A DNA stretch of 64,000 nucleotides from Squalus acanthias. Taxonomy: Eukaryota. Below, in pieces: positions 1-12,849 of the stretch (its first letter is position 1; the number at the start of each line of letters is the position of its first letter). The notes under the pieces are model-generated. The model was not told the origin of the DNA, ran no database searches, and saw nothing but the letters and a program-made list of their open reading frames with translations. The stretch lies in NCBI GenBank assembly GCA_030390025.1, contig CM059432.1:116686001-116750000 (forward strand). Reading direction: 5' to 3'. The translations under genes were made by a program, and so were the position numbers.

Positions 1-378
1 AAACTCTCCTACATCTAATAGACGGTACCTTATATACACAATTGGGTTTCAGCTCTCCTGCTTCATGTCTTATGAAAGGAAAGAAGAAAACGGGTCTCTC
101 TGTCTCATCAATATGTTTGAAATCCCATTCTTACATTACTCTTCTGAAACCGTATTGCTATAAATAACATATGCTTAGAATTCAATTTCAACCAACCCCA
201 ATCTAATATTTGATTGAGGTAAGGGCAAGAAGTGGTTGTGTAAAAGACAACCAAAGGACAAATGAAGGTTACAATGGAGTAATCTGTTTTTTTAAACCAG
301 ATCCTGTCCATGCAACGTATACTAGTATTGCACTCTCAGTTATTCGTATTAGTATCTTATTTTCTGAAGACGCTGCCC

Positions 379-1135
379 GGTCCTGATGTATAGTTCCACA
401 AGCTCGGTTTACGCGCTACTTCAGCCAGCCGATCCCTACGGGTGTGTACGCGCTGTGTACCCACCCGTAGGGACATCGGAAATGCCAGTTTTAGGCATGC
501 ACTGCACATGCGCTGGAAACTGGCATTTCCGATCTGTCAAGAAAGCTCTTGACAGATCCTCCGCCTGCCCGGGAGAAGGGCCTCTGCGGGCGGATAGTTC
601 CGCTTTTTGGAGACCCTCCGCCCGCAGAAAACCCTTACAATTCTTGCGCCTGGTAAAAGCAGGTGTAAGGCCTGCTTTTACCAGGATAAGAGCTGAAAAA
701 AAGTAAAAAAAAAAAAATTCCCACTGATTTATCATTTAAAAATACTTTAAAAAAGGTAAGTTTACTTTTAGCCCCGTTAAAAACGTTAATTATTTTTTTC
801 AAAATTTTAAATAGTTAATTATGTAATTTCAAGTCATTTTAAACATGTGTTTTACTATGTTTTGGGGGTGATTTCCATTCATATAATTGACAGGTCTTCC
901 TGTCAAATGTATGAAGGGAGATTCCCTTCTCTGATTGGCTCCCCATGGCCCACGTGATACCAGGGACGCTGTGAACTGCCTGCGCCTCTGGGATACGTGG
1001 GCCCTGCGCACCGACAGTTTGGAGAGGCCCAGCAGTGGAACTCTGCGCCTCCCGGGAGCCCTCCAGTCTTGGCGCAGATTTTTCTAGATCGCAGCCCTCC
1101 GCCCGCGGGAGGCCTGCGATCGGAATATCAGGGCC
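379..1135. mobile_element. Non-autonomous PIF/Harbinger-like MITE (family M1, copy 1)
   Basis: Imperfect TIRs GGTCCTGAT.../...CGGAATATCAGGGCC; GC-rich arms around an AT-rich core; colinear with 15340-16052. Confidence 0.7.
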
Positions 1136-1655
1136 AATGTGTCCAATTCTGGGCACCACACATTAGGAAGGATGCCAAGGCCTTTGAGAAGGTGCAGAAG
1201 AGATTTACTGGACTGTTACCAAGGATGAGGAACTTCAGTTATGTGGAGAAGCTGGGATTGTTCTCTTTAGAGCAGAGAAGGTTAAGGAGAGATTTTATAG
1301 AGGTGTTCAAAATTTTGAGGGGTTTTGATAGAGTACAGAGGGAGAAACTGTTTCCACTGGCAGGAGGGTCAGTAACAGAGGACACAGATTGAAGATAACT
1401 GGCAAAAGAACCGGGGGAAGAAGAGGAGAATGTTTTTACTCAGTGAGTTATGGTGATCTGGAATGCGCTGCCTGAAAGGGTGGTGGAAGCAAATTCAATA
1501 ATAACTTTCAAAAGGGAATTGGATAAATACTTGAAAAAGAAAAATTTGTAGGGCTATGGAGAAAGAGCAGGGGGAGTGGGACTGATTAGATAGATCTTTC
1601 AAAGAGCCGGCACAGGCACGATGAACCGAATGGCCTCCTTCTGTGCTGTATGATA
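1136..1655 (+). mobile_element. CR1 LINE 3' fragment
   Basis: Translates to CVQFWAPH...LGLFSLEQRRLR, the CR1 ORF2 C-terminus, followed by the typical 3' UTR (CCGAATGGCCTCCTTCTGTGCTGT). Confidence 0.9.
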
Positions 1656-1899
1656 CTAAGTAGCCATTGTTCATGAATGAGCCTAGACAGTCAGTACTAG
1701 CAAGCTATGTTAGTGCAGAGGGCACTAATGCTGATATCCACATTTTTCAGCAGGGGTCACTGGGTAGAAATTTAAATTTGTGCAATTGCAGTAAGGTGGT
1801 AATTTGGTGGTGATCACTAGTCACTGGATAAGTATTAATTAATCTGCTGTGCTGCTGGGTTGATTGAGTAATTGAAACTGGTTTGTGACCTAATTTGGT

Positions 1900-4090
1900 A
1901 GGAGTATAGAAAGAGGTACAATAGTAGTGAGACTACACCATGGAGTAAGCTGATAACTGAGGACAGTACTTCCATAATGGGAATTTGACTAGAGTTGGAA
2001 TTTGGAAACATGATGACTCAGAGAGGGGAAATTAGCAATTCAGTCAGGAATGCAGTAGTAATCGGAGACTTGACAGAGGGGTGGACACTATTGTTTGCAG
2101 TCCAGAATGAAGGTCTTGGATGCTAGGAAAGGAAATGCCTGAAGTCGTGAAAAAGGAGTCAGGAAGTTGGATTAGGAGCAGAACTTCAAAGGTAGTAATA
2201 TCTGGATTACTGCCCCAGCCGTGTGCTAAAATAGGGAACAAAAGGAAGATTAGTGAGCTCAACATGTGACTAATGGGATGGGATCAGGAAGAAAGTTTCT
2301 GTTCGATGGGGCATTGTCACTGTTGCTGGGGAAGATGGGAAATATTCTACAAGAATAGGCCATATCTAAACAGGAAAAGAACTAACAAATTGACAAGAAG
2401 GGTAAATAAAGAAGGGGAAAGTAATTTAAATTGGGAAGGAAGGATATAGGGGAAACTAAAGCACTCAGAAAGAGCAAGTTGTGGGTAGAAATAGATGAGG
2501 TAAACATACAAATATAAACAAATGTAGCAAAAGGGAAAGCATGCAGAAGGAGTAGAGGAGGAAACTTTAACTGACCAGATATAAGCAAGTAAAGGAATGA
2601 GGGGTTAACTTGGACAAAAAAAAAACCAAGACAAACGGAATAGTGTAAATTATGGACAAAGGTGCATGTACTGCATTGCTCAGAATTTGGGAAATAAAGT
2701 GGGAATTCAAACCGATAATGTCACAGGAAGCTGCAGATATAAAATCACTGACAGAAACTTGACTACAAAAATTGGGCCGCATCTTGCTAGCATGGAGCAT
2801 CTCAGGGTTTGCCCCGGCTAGTTAGACTTTTTCTTGTACCCTTCAGCTTTTAATTTTTTTTGCACCGTAACTTGCTGGAAGTGCGAGCTAATGGAGTCAC
2901 ATCATGGTCCCACTAATGGAAGCATACACAACGCCACTTCTCTCAAGTTACGCGTGCAAAAGGCCTGATAACAAAATGAAGCAAGCTACTTACTGTCCTG
3001 TAATGCAAAAGGGACTTTTTTCTTTGTGCTTTGAAGGAAAAAGCTGCTCTCTGCCTCCTTCTCCTCTTCTAACTGCACTGGGGCGAGGGCAAAGGGGATC
3101 TTAGAGAACGGTGGGACCAACAGTGTATCTCCTTAACCAGTGAGATTTAAGGATTGAGAAAGAAACAAACAGAGGAACAACAGAGGAGGAGACTGAATTA
3201 GAGTCAAATTGGGTACAGAAAGAGAAATGGAGAGAGAGAGAGAAAAAGAGACAGAAAGGAAAAGAAAAAAATAATTTTAAAATTTGACATTTTTAAAATC
3301 GCTAACAATTGACTACATGCAGGAATGAGATTGAACAGTTTAAATTGTTCCCACTCTGGGCCAGAGAGGTTGAGGGCATTGCATTAACAATTATCATGTC
3401 CTTAAAAGGGTACTTATGCTCTTAATTATGAGCAGTAACTTGCTATGGCGAGTTTAATGAGCAATTAATGTGCAAATCCAGAGAGTTCTTAAAAATAATG
3501 GGGAGGCTAAGGGTGAGATGCTGATTGTGCACGGCAAACTGTGGCGCGTTAAATTGACCAGCAAGTTCAGGAGATTCACAAATCACGTCGTAGCTCTCAA
3601 TCTCTTGAACTTGCTGGCCGATTTACACATTAATAAAGGAGTGCATCGTTAACACGCCACTATTTGTAGGAGGAACACAATAGCAAGAAAGGAGGAGGAG
3701 TGGCTATAATGGTGAAGGCGGTAGTACATGCTGTAGAGAGGACTGATGTAAAAAAAAAAAGAGGTTCACACAGTGTCAATATGCCTAGAGATCAACGAAA
3801 TGAGAAGGATTGTTCCAGTGGTGTGGTTGGACTACAGAGGAAGGGAAATGGAGAAGGAAATCTGCAGACAGATCTTTGGTCTGACATCATCTGAAATATT
3901 GCATTCGATTCTGGGCACTGCACCTCAGGAAGGATACATTGGTCATTCAGTTAGATCATGGCTGATCTGCACCTCAACTCCATTTACCTGCTTTAGCCCA
4001 ATATCCCTGGATACCTTTACCTAACAAAAATCTATTGATCTCCATCTTGAAATCCCCAATTGTCCTAGCATTCACAGCATTTTGGGGCAG
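1900..4090 (+). mobile_element. Old degenerate CR1 remnant, interrupted by a MITE
   Basis: KVVISGLLP-like esterase remnant near 2188 matches ORF1 of the 44-kb element; endonuclease-like remnants at 2690-2770 and 3670-3870. Confidence 0.5.
2773..3665 (-). mobile_element. Harbinger-like non-autonomous element (family M2)
   Basis: 3290-3660 is the diverged reverse complement of 14250-14282 plus 14820-15140; related to 18115-18560. Confidence 0.6.
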
Positions 4091-4145
4091 AGAATGCTAG
4101 ATTTCACAGTTGTGTTGATCTGGCACTCTCAAGGCTTAACCCGTT

Positions 4146-4315
4146 GGCCTAGAAATTTGTCTCTGGCGGTGGTGTAAAGTGGGCGGAATCAGATCAGCCG
4201 TCCATTATACGCAGGGCCTGATACTCAGTGAACGGAATATCAGGTGCTGCGTATAATGGGCGCCCGATCCAATAGCGCCCGTTTTGCGCCTCCGCCCGAG
4301 ACAAATTTCTAGGCC
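4146..4315. mobile_element. 170-bp fold-back MITE with 3-bp TSD
   Basis: TIR GGCCTAGAAATTTGTCTC/GAGACAAATTTCTAGGCC; GTT on both flanks (4143-4145, 4316-4318); almost wholly palindromic. Confidence 0.9.
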
Positions 4316-5549
4316 GTTGAGTTTTCAATCTGCTACATTAAGGGAATGCTTATTATTAGCATTGGTCTTACTACTCTATATTAGCTTGTTGGCCAGATTG
4401 TTCACTGGCAGTGAAATCTGTGATCATGATGTGGTGGTAGAAGAGATGATTGTAGAGGTTAACCTGTATTTTATTACAAAAAATTGGAGGCACTTTTTTT
4501 TTTGGTGGTGTGCGGGGGCGGCGTAAAGAGAGAGAAATTAGTAACCTTAGGCCCAATCTTGGTCTTGCCCATTGATCTGGTTAGATCACATATGATTAAA
4601 CTGAACTTTCCACTGGGTGCATGTCCCCCTTTCCCCAGTGGGGGTAGAAGGGGAGCAGAAGGCAGAGAGCAGCTTTTGCAGGGAGCACTCAAACCTTGAG
4701 CTAACCCTCTTCAAAGCACAAAGGAAAAAGTCCCTGTTGCATTACAGGACAGTCAGTAGCTCACTTCATTTTGCTATTAGACTTTTTGCATGCGTAACTT
4801 GAGAGAAATGGCATTGTGCATGCTTCCACTGCTGGGACCATAATATGACTCCAACACTATTTTTAAGCTAACTAGGCTGTGGTTCTATTCTCCAATTCTC
4901 AAATGGAAGTCTTTTGAGTGATAGCAAATTTTTGCATTACAAACTGCCCCATTAAAAGTGCAAGTGCTATTTCATGAGAGCACCTATCCCTGTTAAAATT
5001 GATGAAGAAAGGAACCATACAAGTTCTAGCATTTTGGTAGACGATTAACATACTATGCTATATGCCAAGCAACAGCATTTCCTACAAGAACGATCAAGAT
5101 AACCTTATTAGATTTTGTTGAAGTAGCTTTCTGTTACTTACTCTCTATCCCAAAGGAAAAGCCAACCTATGTTCAAAAGGTTGTTTCCAATCCAAACTGT
5201 GTAAAATGGACAGGGTAGTACAGAAGGCATCCATGTAAGGGCATTTCTGTGTGAACAAATACCAAAAAGTAATAGGATATTAATAGCAATGGTGCTTTAG
5301 TTTGTAGTACAGGGAAAACTTGTGTATGTATATATATATATTAAGAAATAAGTTGCATTTATATAGCGCCTTATCACATCAATCATTATTGCTATGCAGG
5401 CAAAGGTTTATTGAGAATAAACAATTACTAGAACTTCACTGCCCAAGAATCTATGAAAGACGTCCAATTGACCGAATAACCCCAATCCACTCAGTGAATT
5501 AATGGTATAGAAAAACTATCCATAATTAAGCTGATGTACCTCACTAATG

Positions 5550-6450
5550 TACACAAATCACTAAAGGTTGCGCCATAGGTTAGCAAGGCCATAAAAAAAG
5601 CAAACCAAGCACTAGCGTTTCTTTCTAGAGGTACAGAATTGAAAAGTAGGGAAGTTATGCTGAACCTGTATCGAGCCTTGGTTAGACCACACTGAAGAGT
5701 ACTGCATGCAGTTCTGGTCGCCATATTATAAAAAGGATATAGAGGCACTGGAGAGGGTGCAGAGAAGATTTACAAGGATGATACCAGAAATGCAAGGGTA
5801 TACATATCAGGAAAGGATGAACAAGCTGGGTCTCTTTTCTCTTGAAAAAAGAAGGCTGATGGGTGACCTAATAGAGGTCTTTAAAATTATGAAAGGTTTT
5901 GATAGAGTGGATACAGAGAGAATGTTTCCACTTGTGGGGAAGAGCATAACTAGAGGCCATCAATATAAGATAGTCACCAAGAAATCCAATAGGGAATTCA
6001 GAAGAAACTGCTTTACCCAAAAAGTGGTGAGAATGTGGAACTCGCTACCACAGGGAGTGGTTGAAGCGAATAGTATGGATGCATTTAAGGGGAGGCTGGA
6101 CAAGCATATGAGGGAGAAGGGAATAAATCCTTCATCGTCGCTGGGTCAAAATCCTGGAACTCCCTCCCTAACAGCACTGTGGGAGTACCTTCACCACACG
6201 GACTGCAGCGGTTCAAGAAGGCGGCTCACCACCACCTTCTCAAGGGCAATTAGGGATGGGCAATAAATGCTGGCCTTGCCAGTGACGCCCACATCCCATA
6301 AACAAATAAAAAAAAAGAGGGTTACACTGATAGAGTTAGATGAGGAAAGACGGGAGGAGGCTCGAGTGGAGCATAAACGCCGACATGGATTGGTTGTGCC
6401 AAATGGCCTGTTTCTGTGCCGTATATCCTATTTATGTAATCCTATGTATG
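5550..6450 (+). mobile_element. CR1 LINE 3' fragment with a nested 3' tail of LINE family B (~6128-6317)
   Basis: QFWSPYYKKDIEALERVQRRFTRMIP...; the insert matches the tail at 63805-63968 and ends in poly(A). Confidence 0.9.
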
Positions 6451-6834
6451 TAAACCTCTATCCTCAACATTTCTGAAGCAGAAATCTATCAGCTACCTTT
6501 TTGAAATAATCTGTAGCCCTTAAATCAATCCCATGTGGCGCAGTGTCATTCTACAAGTTCCTGTAAAACTCCATTTCAGCTTCTGGTTTCTTACTTTTGA
6601 AGGCGCATCCTGTTATTCTATGTTCCCAAAGAATTTACTAGGTTACTTTCGCTATTTTCTCTCATCTTTTCAAAAACTTCTCTCATGTACACCTCTGAGG
6701 TATAGAACACATTGCATGTTACACAGCAAAGAGGTAGAATTTGGGCTTGTGCTTAGTTCCCACAACATGGTGAGCTCCTGATCTTAAACGGTGTTATGCT
6801 TTTGGGACCTTTCTGGTCCTTTTTAAAACGTTAC

Positions 6835-6979
6835 CTTCTGCATAATCCACTGCATGCGTAGACAAGCCACGCAGCTTGCCATGTGTAAATGACTCCCCAA
6901 ATAGAGAAGGTCCATCCAGCAGGGGTGAATTCAGTGCTGTATATGTTTGATATATTTCCAGTGGACTGAAGAAAAAGAC
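6835..6979 (-). CDS. Second coding exon of an uncharacterised Trp-rich multi-pass membrane protein (si:ch211-161h7.5-like, TspO-related)
   Basis: AG acceptor (6981-6980), GTAA donor (6834-6831); (G)LFLQSTGNISNIYSTEFTPAGWTFSIWGVIYTWQAAWLVYACSGLCR; phase 1 matches the upstream exon; TPAGWTFSIWGVIY motif recognised from memory. Confidence 0.9.
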
Positions 6980-7949
6980 CTAGTAAATTGACAAATATTA
7001 GTATTGTACGGCTGAAAGTCTGTATTAGCACAATTTTGTAATCTGAGGCAATACACTGACATTTAAATTCTAAACTGAAACAAAATGCAGTGGTTACTAG
7101 TGCTGGAGCTGCCTGGTGCAGAATAATGCTCAGGGCTTTTTAACCTATAACATCAGATTCAATTAATTAGAATTAAGATGGGGATTCAGAAAGCTAATAC
7201 ACACTGTGGACTTGGGTCTTTTCAGAGCCAGAATGCCTTCTCACGGATTTGGGAGGATCTCAGACAGAGATCTGATTGGAGAGCAAGAGACACCCAAAAA
7301 TGCTATGGAGTTGGTGCTTTCCCAGAATCCAAAGCCTAGTGAACGATCTCTACTATACCTACAGGCTCTGCAGATTTCGTTAGTGCATGAATGCTTGTAA
7401 TTTCATAGCATTCCTTTGCTTACACTTTCTTTCCAGCAAGATGACTGTATTAGGGTCACTTTGAAACACAGCCAAGTAGACTGTGAAGGCAAACAAGAAG
7501 ATAAAACACCACAAAGAGAGATAAAACATAAAAGGTAACTTTTGCAAAGTGGGGGAAAATTTACAGTAGAGAGAGAAAACAGGGGCAATGAGAAAGAAAA
7601 AAGAAAAATGACAATGAGAAAAGATAAACAACTAAAAAGGCCTATAAAAAGATACAATGGAGAGCGAAATTAAAAGAGGATCAGGGAGAAATGATGTGAA
7701 AATATAAATAATGCTATGTTTATCCGACACTGGTATCAGGTATGCACCTGACTTGTGAATGAAAACATCACTCTTAGATTTACCCAATGTTGATGGGCGC
7801 ACTTCAGACTCGCTGGGGGTTTATGAGAGTGGTTATTGGGCAAGTCACTGCTTGAGATCGTAGCCCTTGACCAAAAGTTAGCAAGTACCCCAACATAAAT
7901 CACAAACAGATACCTCGGACTTATTGTGGTGACATGATCATCACCAACA

Positions 7950-10870
7950 GCAACTTGCATTTATAATGTAGAAAAAACAGCCCAATGTGTTTCACTGATG
8001 CATGAGAAAAATGGATGCTGAGCCTTAAAAAGGAGAGATTAGGAAGGGTAACCAATAGCTTGGTCAAAGAAATGGGTTTTAAGGAAGGAGATGGACGTGG
8101 GGAGGTAGAGGAGTTTAGAGAAGGAATTCCAGAGAGTGGGACTTAGGCGACTGAAGGCAAGCTGCCTATGGTGGGGAAAAGAGAAGGGGAATGCACAAGA
8201 GGCTGGAATAGAGAGTTTGGAGGGTATTGTAGAGCTGGAGGAGATTATGGAAATAGGGAGGGGTACGACCATGGAGGAATTTATAAACAATGATGATGAG
8301 TATTTTAAATTTGAGATGTTCGGGGACTGGGACTGAGCGAGGATGGTGGTGATAAGCGACCAGGACTTGGTGCAGGACAGGATACGAACAGCAGAGTTTT
8401 GGAGAAGCTTGGATTTAATGGAAAGCGAGGGCCAGCAAGAGGAGCATTGGAATAATCGAGTTTAATGCTGACAAAGGCATGGATGAGGATTTCAGTGGCA
8501 GATGGGCTGAGTTAGGGAAGGAGGCGAGCAAAATTACAGAGGTAGAAGCTTGGGATTGAACAGGACATCAAAGGTTGCAAACAAGATCATTCAGCCCGAG
8601 ACTGTGCCCAGGGAAGGGGATGAAGTCGGTGGTGAAAGAGCAGAATTTGTGGCAGTGATAACTTTAGTCTTCCCAATGTTGAGCTGGAGGAAGTTAAGGG
8701 TCATCAGAGACTGGATTTCGGACAAGCAATCTGACTGCAGAGATTGTCGAGAGGGGTGGTGTAGAGGTAGAGTGGAGTGTCATCGATATACATGTGAAAG
8801 CTGACCCCATGTCCATGGGTGATGTTGCCAAGCATGTAGATGAGGATGAAGAGGCCAAGGAAGAATCCTTGACGGAGTCTGGAGGTGACAATGCCAGGTG
8901 GAAGGAGAAGCCATTTCTAGAGATGCTTGGCTAAAATTGGATAGGAGTGGATGTAGGGGGTGGTGGTTTGTGTCAGCTTCACCTCTGACTTCTGAGCGGT
9001 TCGAATCGCTCCCACTCCCTTGGTTCTAGACCTTGGACTTATTTGGGGGTTGTGATAAAAAGGTGCAGCAGACAACTGAGTTTGATGCAAGAACTTCAAT
9101 CTTTATTCAAAAGGTAAAACACAAATAATAACACTCTTAACACTCTAAAGGTGGGGAACACTTCGGTACAAGCGAGGGAAATGACAGTAGAACAATACTT
9201 CACCCCTCCCAACCCTACTTTACTAGCTAAGTTAGGTTTTGAAGGACCAGGGATAATGCTCACCAACCCTTTGACAGTTGGGCTAAATCGCGGTTTTGGG
9301 GTTCGCTGTTTATGGCGGTTAGTGTCTGCCGTACCCGGTACGCGGTAGAGGACTTCACCTTCATCTCTGGTCAGTCTTCGCGAGTCTGCTGATGCGGTAG
9401 GGTGCGTTTTGGATCTATCAGGTGAGTACCCAATTTCCTTTGGTTAGGAGTAGGGTTTAGAGTCTTTTGGTAGAAATCTTACCCAGGGGTAAGTCAGGAG
9501 TAGTTTGTAGTGTGGAAACTTTGCAGTTCTTCGGGTTTTCTTTCCTTGAGTTGGTCTTTGTTGGTCGCGGTGGCCTGCTATTACCCGGTCAGTTGGGGGT
9601 AATGTGCGGTCGTTAGTTTCGTGAGGCCTTTGGTTTCCGTGATGGCTTTAGGCCTTGTCTAGTGTGTCGGTTGACCTTGTGGAGCCGTCGATGTCTTCTT
9701 GCTGCTTGTTGCTCCGGCTGACTGTGTTGGGACCATTGTTGGAGGTCCGTCGAGGTGGTATCTTCACGGGCTGGATTCAGGTGTGTCTGAGTGGTGAGCG
9801 ATGCCGACTCGCTTCCAGCTCGGTTTGTCTTCTTCCTGGTTTCTTCTTCTTCTGATGACCACCGGTTGCGACTGACTGACTTTGAACTGCTTAACGGGCC
9901 TTCAATTATACAAAATTGAAGTGGCCTTATCTACCCGCCAAATCTACTCAGTTCATTGTCTGGTTTTTGGTGGGCTCGTAAATCGGTAACGACTTACTAG
10001 CGCGTTAACTGTTTTTTTAACAGGCCTTCAATCTCACCCATTGAACATGGCCTTATCTACCCGCCAAATCTACTCAGTTCATTGTCTGGTTTTGGCGGGC
10101 CTGTTACCAGTAACTGCTCTGAGTGTCAGATGGCCTTTGGGATGGTTTGCATCCTGTCGATTTCCTTGGCTGATCACTGGTGATTGGTTTCATGTTTTGG
10201 GTTTCTAGGCTGGACTCGGTCTTTTCTATAGAATGGTCCTGGGTGATTTGTATTATGCAAGTTTTCTGATGGGCCCTGTAATCGGTTTGATGGGGTGGGA
10301 CTGTCTTCTCCCAGGGTCTATTGTTCAAATGTTAATGTCTGCTGGGCTTGAGTGGGGTCATCCCGGTTCCCCAGACAATTAACTGCAATAACCAAAACTG
10401 CTTTTACAGAGGTCGACCCCACCTCCTTGTCCCCTTACAGGCCCAGAAATAGTTTTAAAATGCCAAAACTTGGGTTTTGGTCTTAAATTCCTTGGGTTAG
10501 GCCCAAATGCATTTTTATCACTCTGAGGTAGTTCCAAAGTCTGTTTTCCTTAGGTTTTGGGGATCTGCAAATTTTGGCAACCTTACAGGACCAAGAAGAG
10601 GCAGTCCGATGAAGCTGGACAATCAGAGCTGTTGGAGGATGATGGTGTGGTTGACTGTGTTGAAGGCTGCAAAGAGGTCAAGGAGGGAAAGTGCACCATG
10701 GTCAGAGTTGGTTCCGTGGGAGAGGCAGAAGCCATGTTGGAGGGATTTAATTAGAGATTTGCAGCGGAGATGGACACAAATCTGGGAGGTGACAGCACAT
10801 TCAGGGCTTTGGAGATGAAAGGGATATTGGAGATACGGGAATAGTTAGTGAGGATAGAGGTGTTGAGGGT
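7950..10870 (-). mobile_element. L2-like LINE fragment split by a solo LTR
   Basis: Tail CAACTTGCATTTATA at ~7952; sequence before 8952 and after 10587 joins colinearly with the uninterrupted copy at 39300-39430. Confidence 0.75.
8952..10587 (-). mobile_element. Solo LTR (~1636 bp)
   Basis: TGTA...TACA termini; interrupts an L2 element; GGA on both flanks (imperfect TSD); minus-strand AATAAA at 9102-9107; 3' motifs shared with the LTR at 56414-58047. Confidence 0.75.
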
Positions 10871-11921
10871 GGGTTTCTTTGAAGGGGATATTGATGGAAT
10901 CATAATGATCAGACACACATATGCCATGCCAGAAAAGATAGAACATCATTAAAACCATTCGAATGAGTGGAGAGGACCCATTTATTTCAGTTGAGATGGC
11001 TAAATTTGTGGAAAGCATTTTCAAAAACCAAGGATTCATACATATTATGCCATTATAGGTGTTGCAATGGAAAGACATTGGAATTTATTTATGATTTTAG
11101 TGTTAAAAACAAATGATCCCAATCTGGCTATATTAAAGCAAATAGGGCCTTGTCTCCTACTCATTGTTCCCATAACTTATGTGGAACATTGTGGTGTTAT
11201 GAAAAAAGTTATTGCCAATTATATTAAGAGTCAGATGACTGTACTAGAGTGAACAAAGTTTGAGCAGTGTTGTAATCCCGTAGTGCCACTTCGTAAAAAC
11301 ATTTTTTAAATTTAAGATAAACCAGCTAGTTGACCTTTTCCTCTTGCTGTTTCTCGCATTTGAATTTGGCATTATCACTCCTTTAGTAATTGTTTTCCAG
11401 TGTGACAACCTGTAGTTATTTAGTAAATCCATTAATGTACACTGTTTGAATAAACCAGTCAAGCCTTACACAGCTCCCCAATATTTTATCGGGTTGTCAC
11501 TGGGAATAGAGATACGACCATAAAATCTTTGAGGTAACATCTCCTCCACTTCTTTCATTAAACAAATTCGGCCTCAGGTGGGAGAGGTCAGTGGGAGGAT
11601 GTTAACCTAAAAAAACGGGTGGGTTGGGGTTGTGCGGGAAGTTAAAGTGTTAAAAATCTGAATCCCGACTTGAACCCCGTCTCCAACCCGCCCACTTCCG
11701 GTTTTAATGGAGGTGGGATGGCGGGGGGGGGGGGGGGGGGCAGCCAAACCACTCCCAGGAGGCGGGATGATAATTTAAATATTCTCATGAGGCTGGAAGC
11801 CTCTACTTTAACCTCCATTTTGTATTTAACTTCAGCTGGTCGGGTTTTGCAGATCTCATGAAACCCGCCAACTAAAGCAAGTGCCTTCCACTTACCTCCT
11901 GGATCCAGGGTCCAATCGCTC

Positions 11922-12273
11922 CCTCCCCCCAGGCCTCCGATCCCCCCCTGCCCCCCCCCCCACCCAGGCCTCCGATCCCCCCCCCCTGCCCCCCCCAGGC
12001 CTCCGATCCCTCCCCCCAGGCCTCCGATCCCCCCCCTGCCCCCCCCAGGCATCCGATCCCCCCCCCAGGCTTTCGATCCCCCCCCCAGGCCTCCGATCCC
12101 CCCCCCAGGCCTTCGATTCCCCCCCCCGCCCCCCCCAGGCCTCCGATCACCCCCCCTGCCCCCCCCCCTGCACCCCCCTGGCTTTCGATCCCCCCCCAGG
12201 CCTCCGATCCACTCCCCCCTGCCCCCCCTAGGCCTCCGATCCACCCCCAGGCCTCCGATCTGCCCCCCCCCCC
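11922..12273. repeat. C-rich minisatellite (CCCCCCCAGGCCTCCGATC)n in a truncated Harbinger-like element (~11570-12275)
   Basis: Repeated CCAGGCCTCCGATC core separated by C tracts of variable length. Confidence 0.9.
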
Positions 12274-12743
12274 TACAGACTGTGAGGACAGGGAAACTAA
12301 TTAGGAAGAGAAGAGTGGAATAGAGAAAAGAAAGGGAGCTATTTTTAGTGGGGCTATGATATACCAATAATTTACAGTTGAGTGTGGTATGGCACAGTGT
12401 CACAGACTTCACAACCAGAAAAATGAAAAAAAAGGGAGCTACTCCATCAATATTGCAACCTGCTCTGAAACCATTTCCTGACGTCAAATTATTTCACAAT
12501 CTACTTTTATACATGTAAAAGGAGAAAAGGGTAATCTGTAAAATTCCAGATTTAAAACATATCTAGTGTTTTCAGAACGGGGTTCAGTGTTCTTTTTGCC
12601 ATATGCTGGATTATGAAATAAACAATATGCTTTAATTCTACTAACCAAAGTGGTTTAAGTGACCTCAGATCCATTTGGATCATGTGCTCAGCTGTTCTCT
12701 AGTTTCAAAAACTAGAACCATGCCAGTTTGGGGTTTTTCTTAC

Positions 12744-12849
12744 CTGATTCTGTTCCTCTCCCTGCAAGAGCGTTCATAACCAAAGTGATGATGTAGACAA
12801 CCAAGGTAAGGACCAGAAGACAAATCTTCCATCGGTTCATCTTGGCCAT
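12744..12849 (-). CDS. First coding exon of the uncharacterised membrane protein (exon 12744-12858 incl. 9 nt of 5' UTR)
   Basis: Acceptor TTAATTAG| at 12860-12859, GCAATGG start context, MAKMNRWKICLLVLTLVVYIITLVMNALAGRGTES(G) with a hydrophobic helix, donor G|GTAAG at 12743; splices in frame to 6979. Confidence 0.88.

Noticed and set aside
108..311. Candidate third exon of the membrane-protein gene
   Set aside because: Only vague similarity (LNQILDWGWL) and no convincing phase-2 acceptor/donor pair.
8994..9011. tRNA gene suggested by GGTTCGAATC
   Set aside because: No cloverleaf; it lies inside an LTR. The other B-boxes in the window are SINE heads.
11642..12487. 281-aa Gly-rich ORF and overlapping Pro-rich ORF
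   Set aside because: By-products of the C/G-rich minisatellite.
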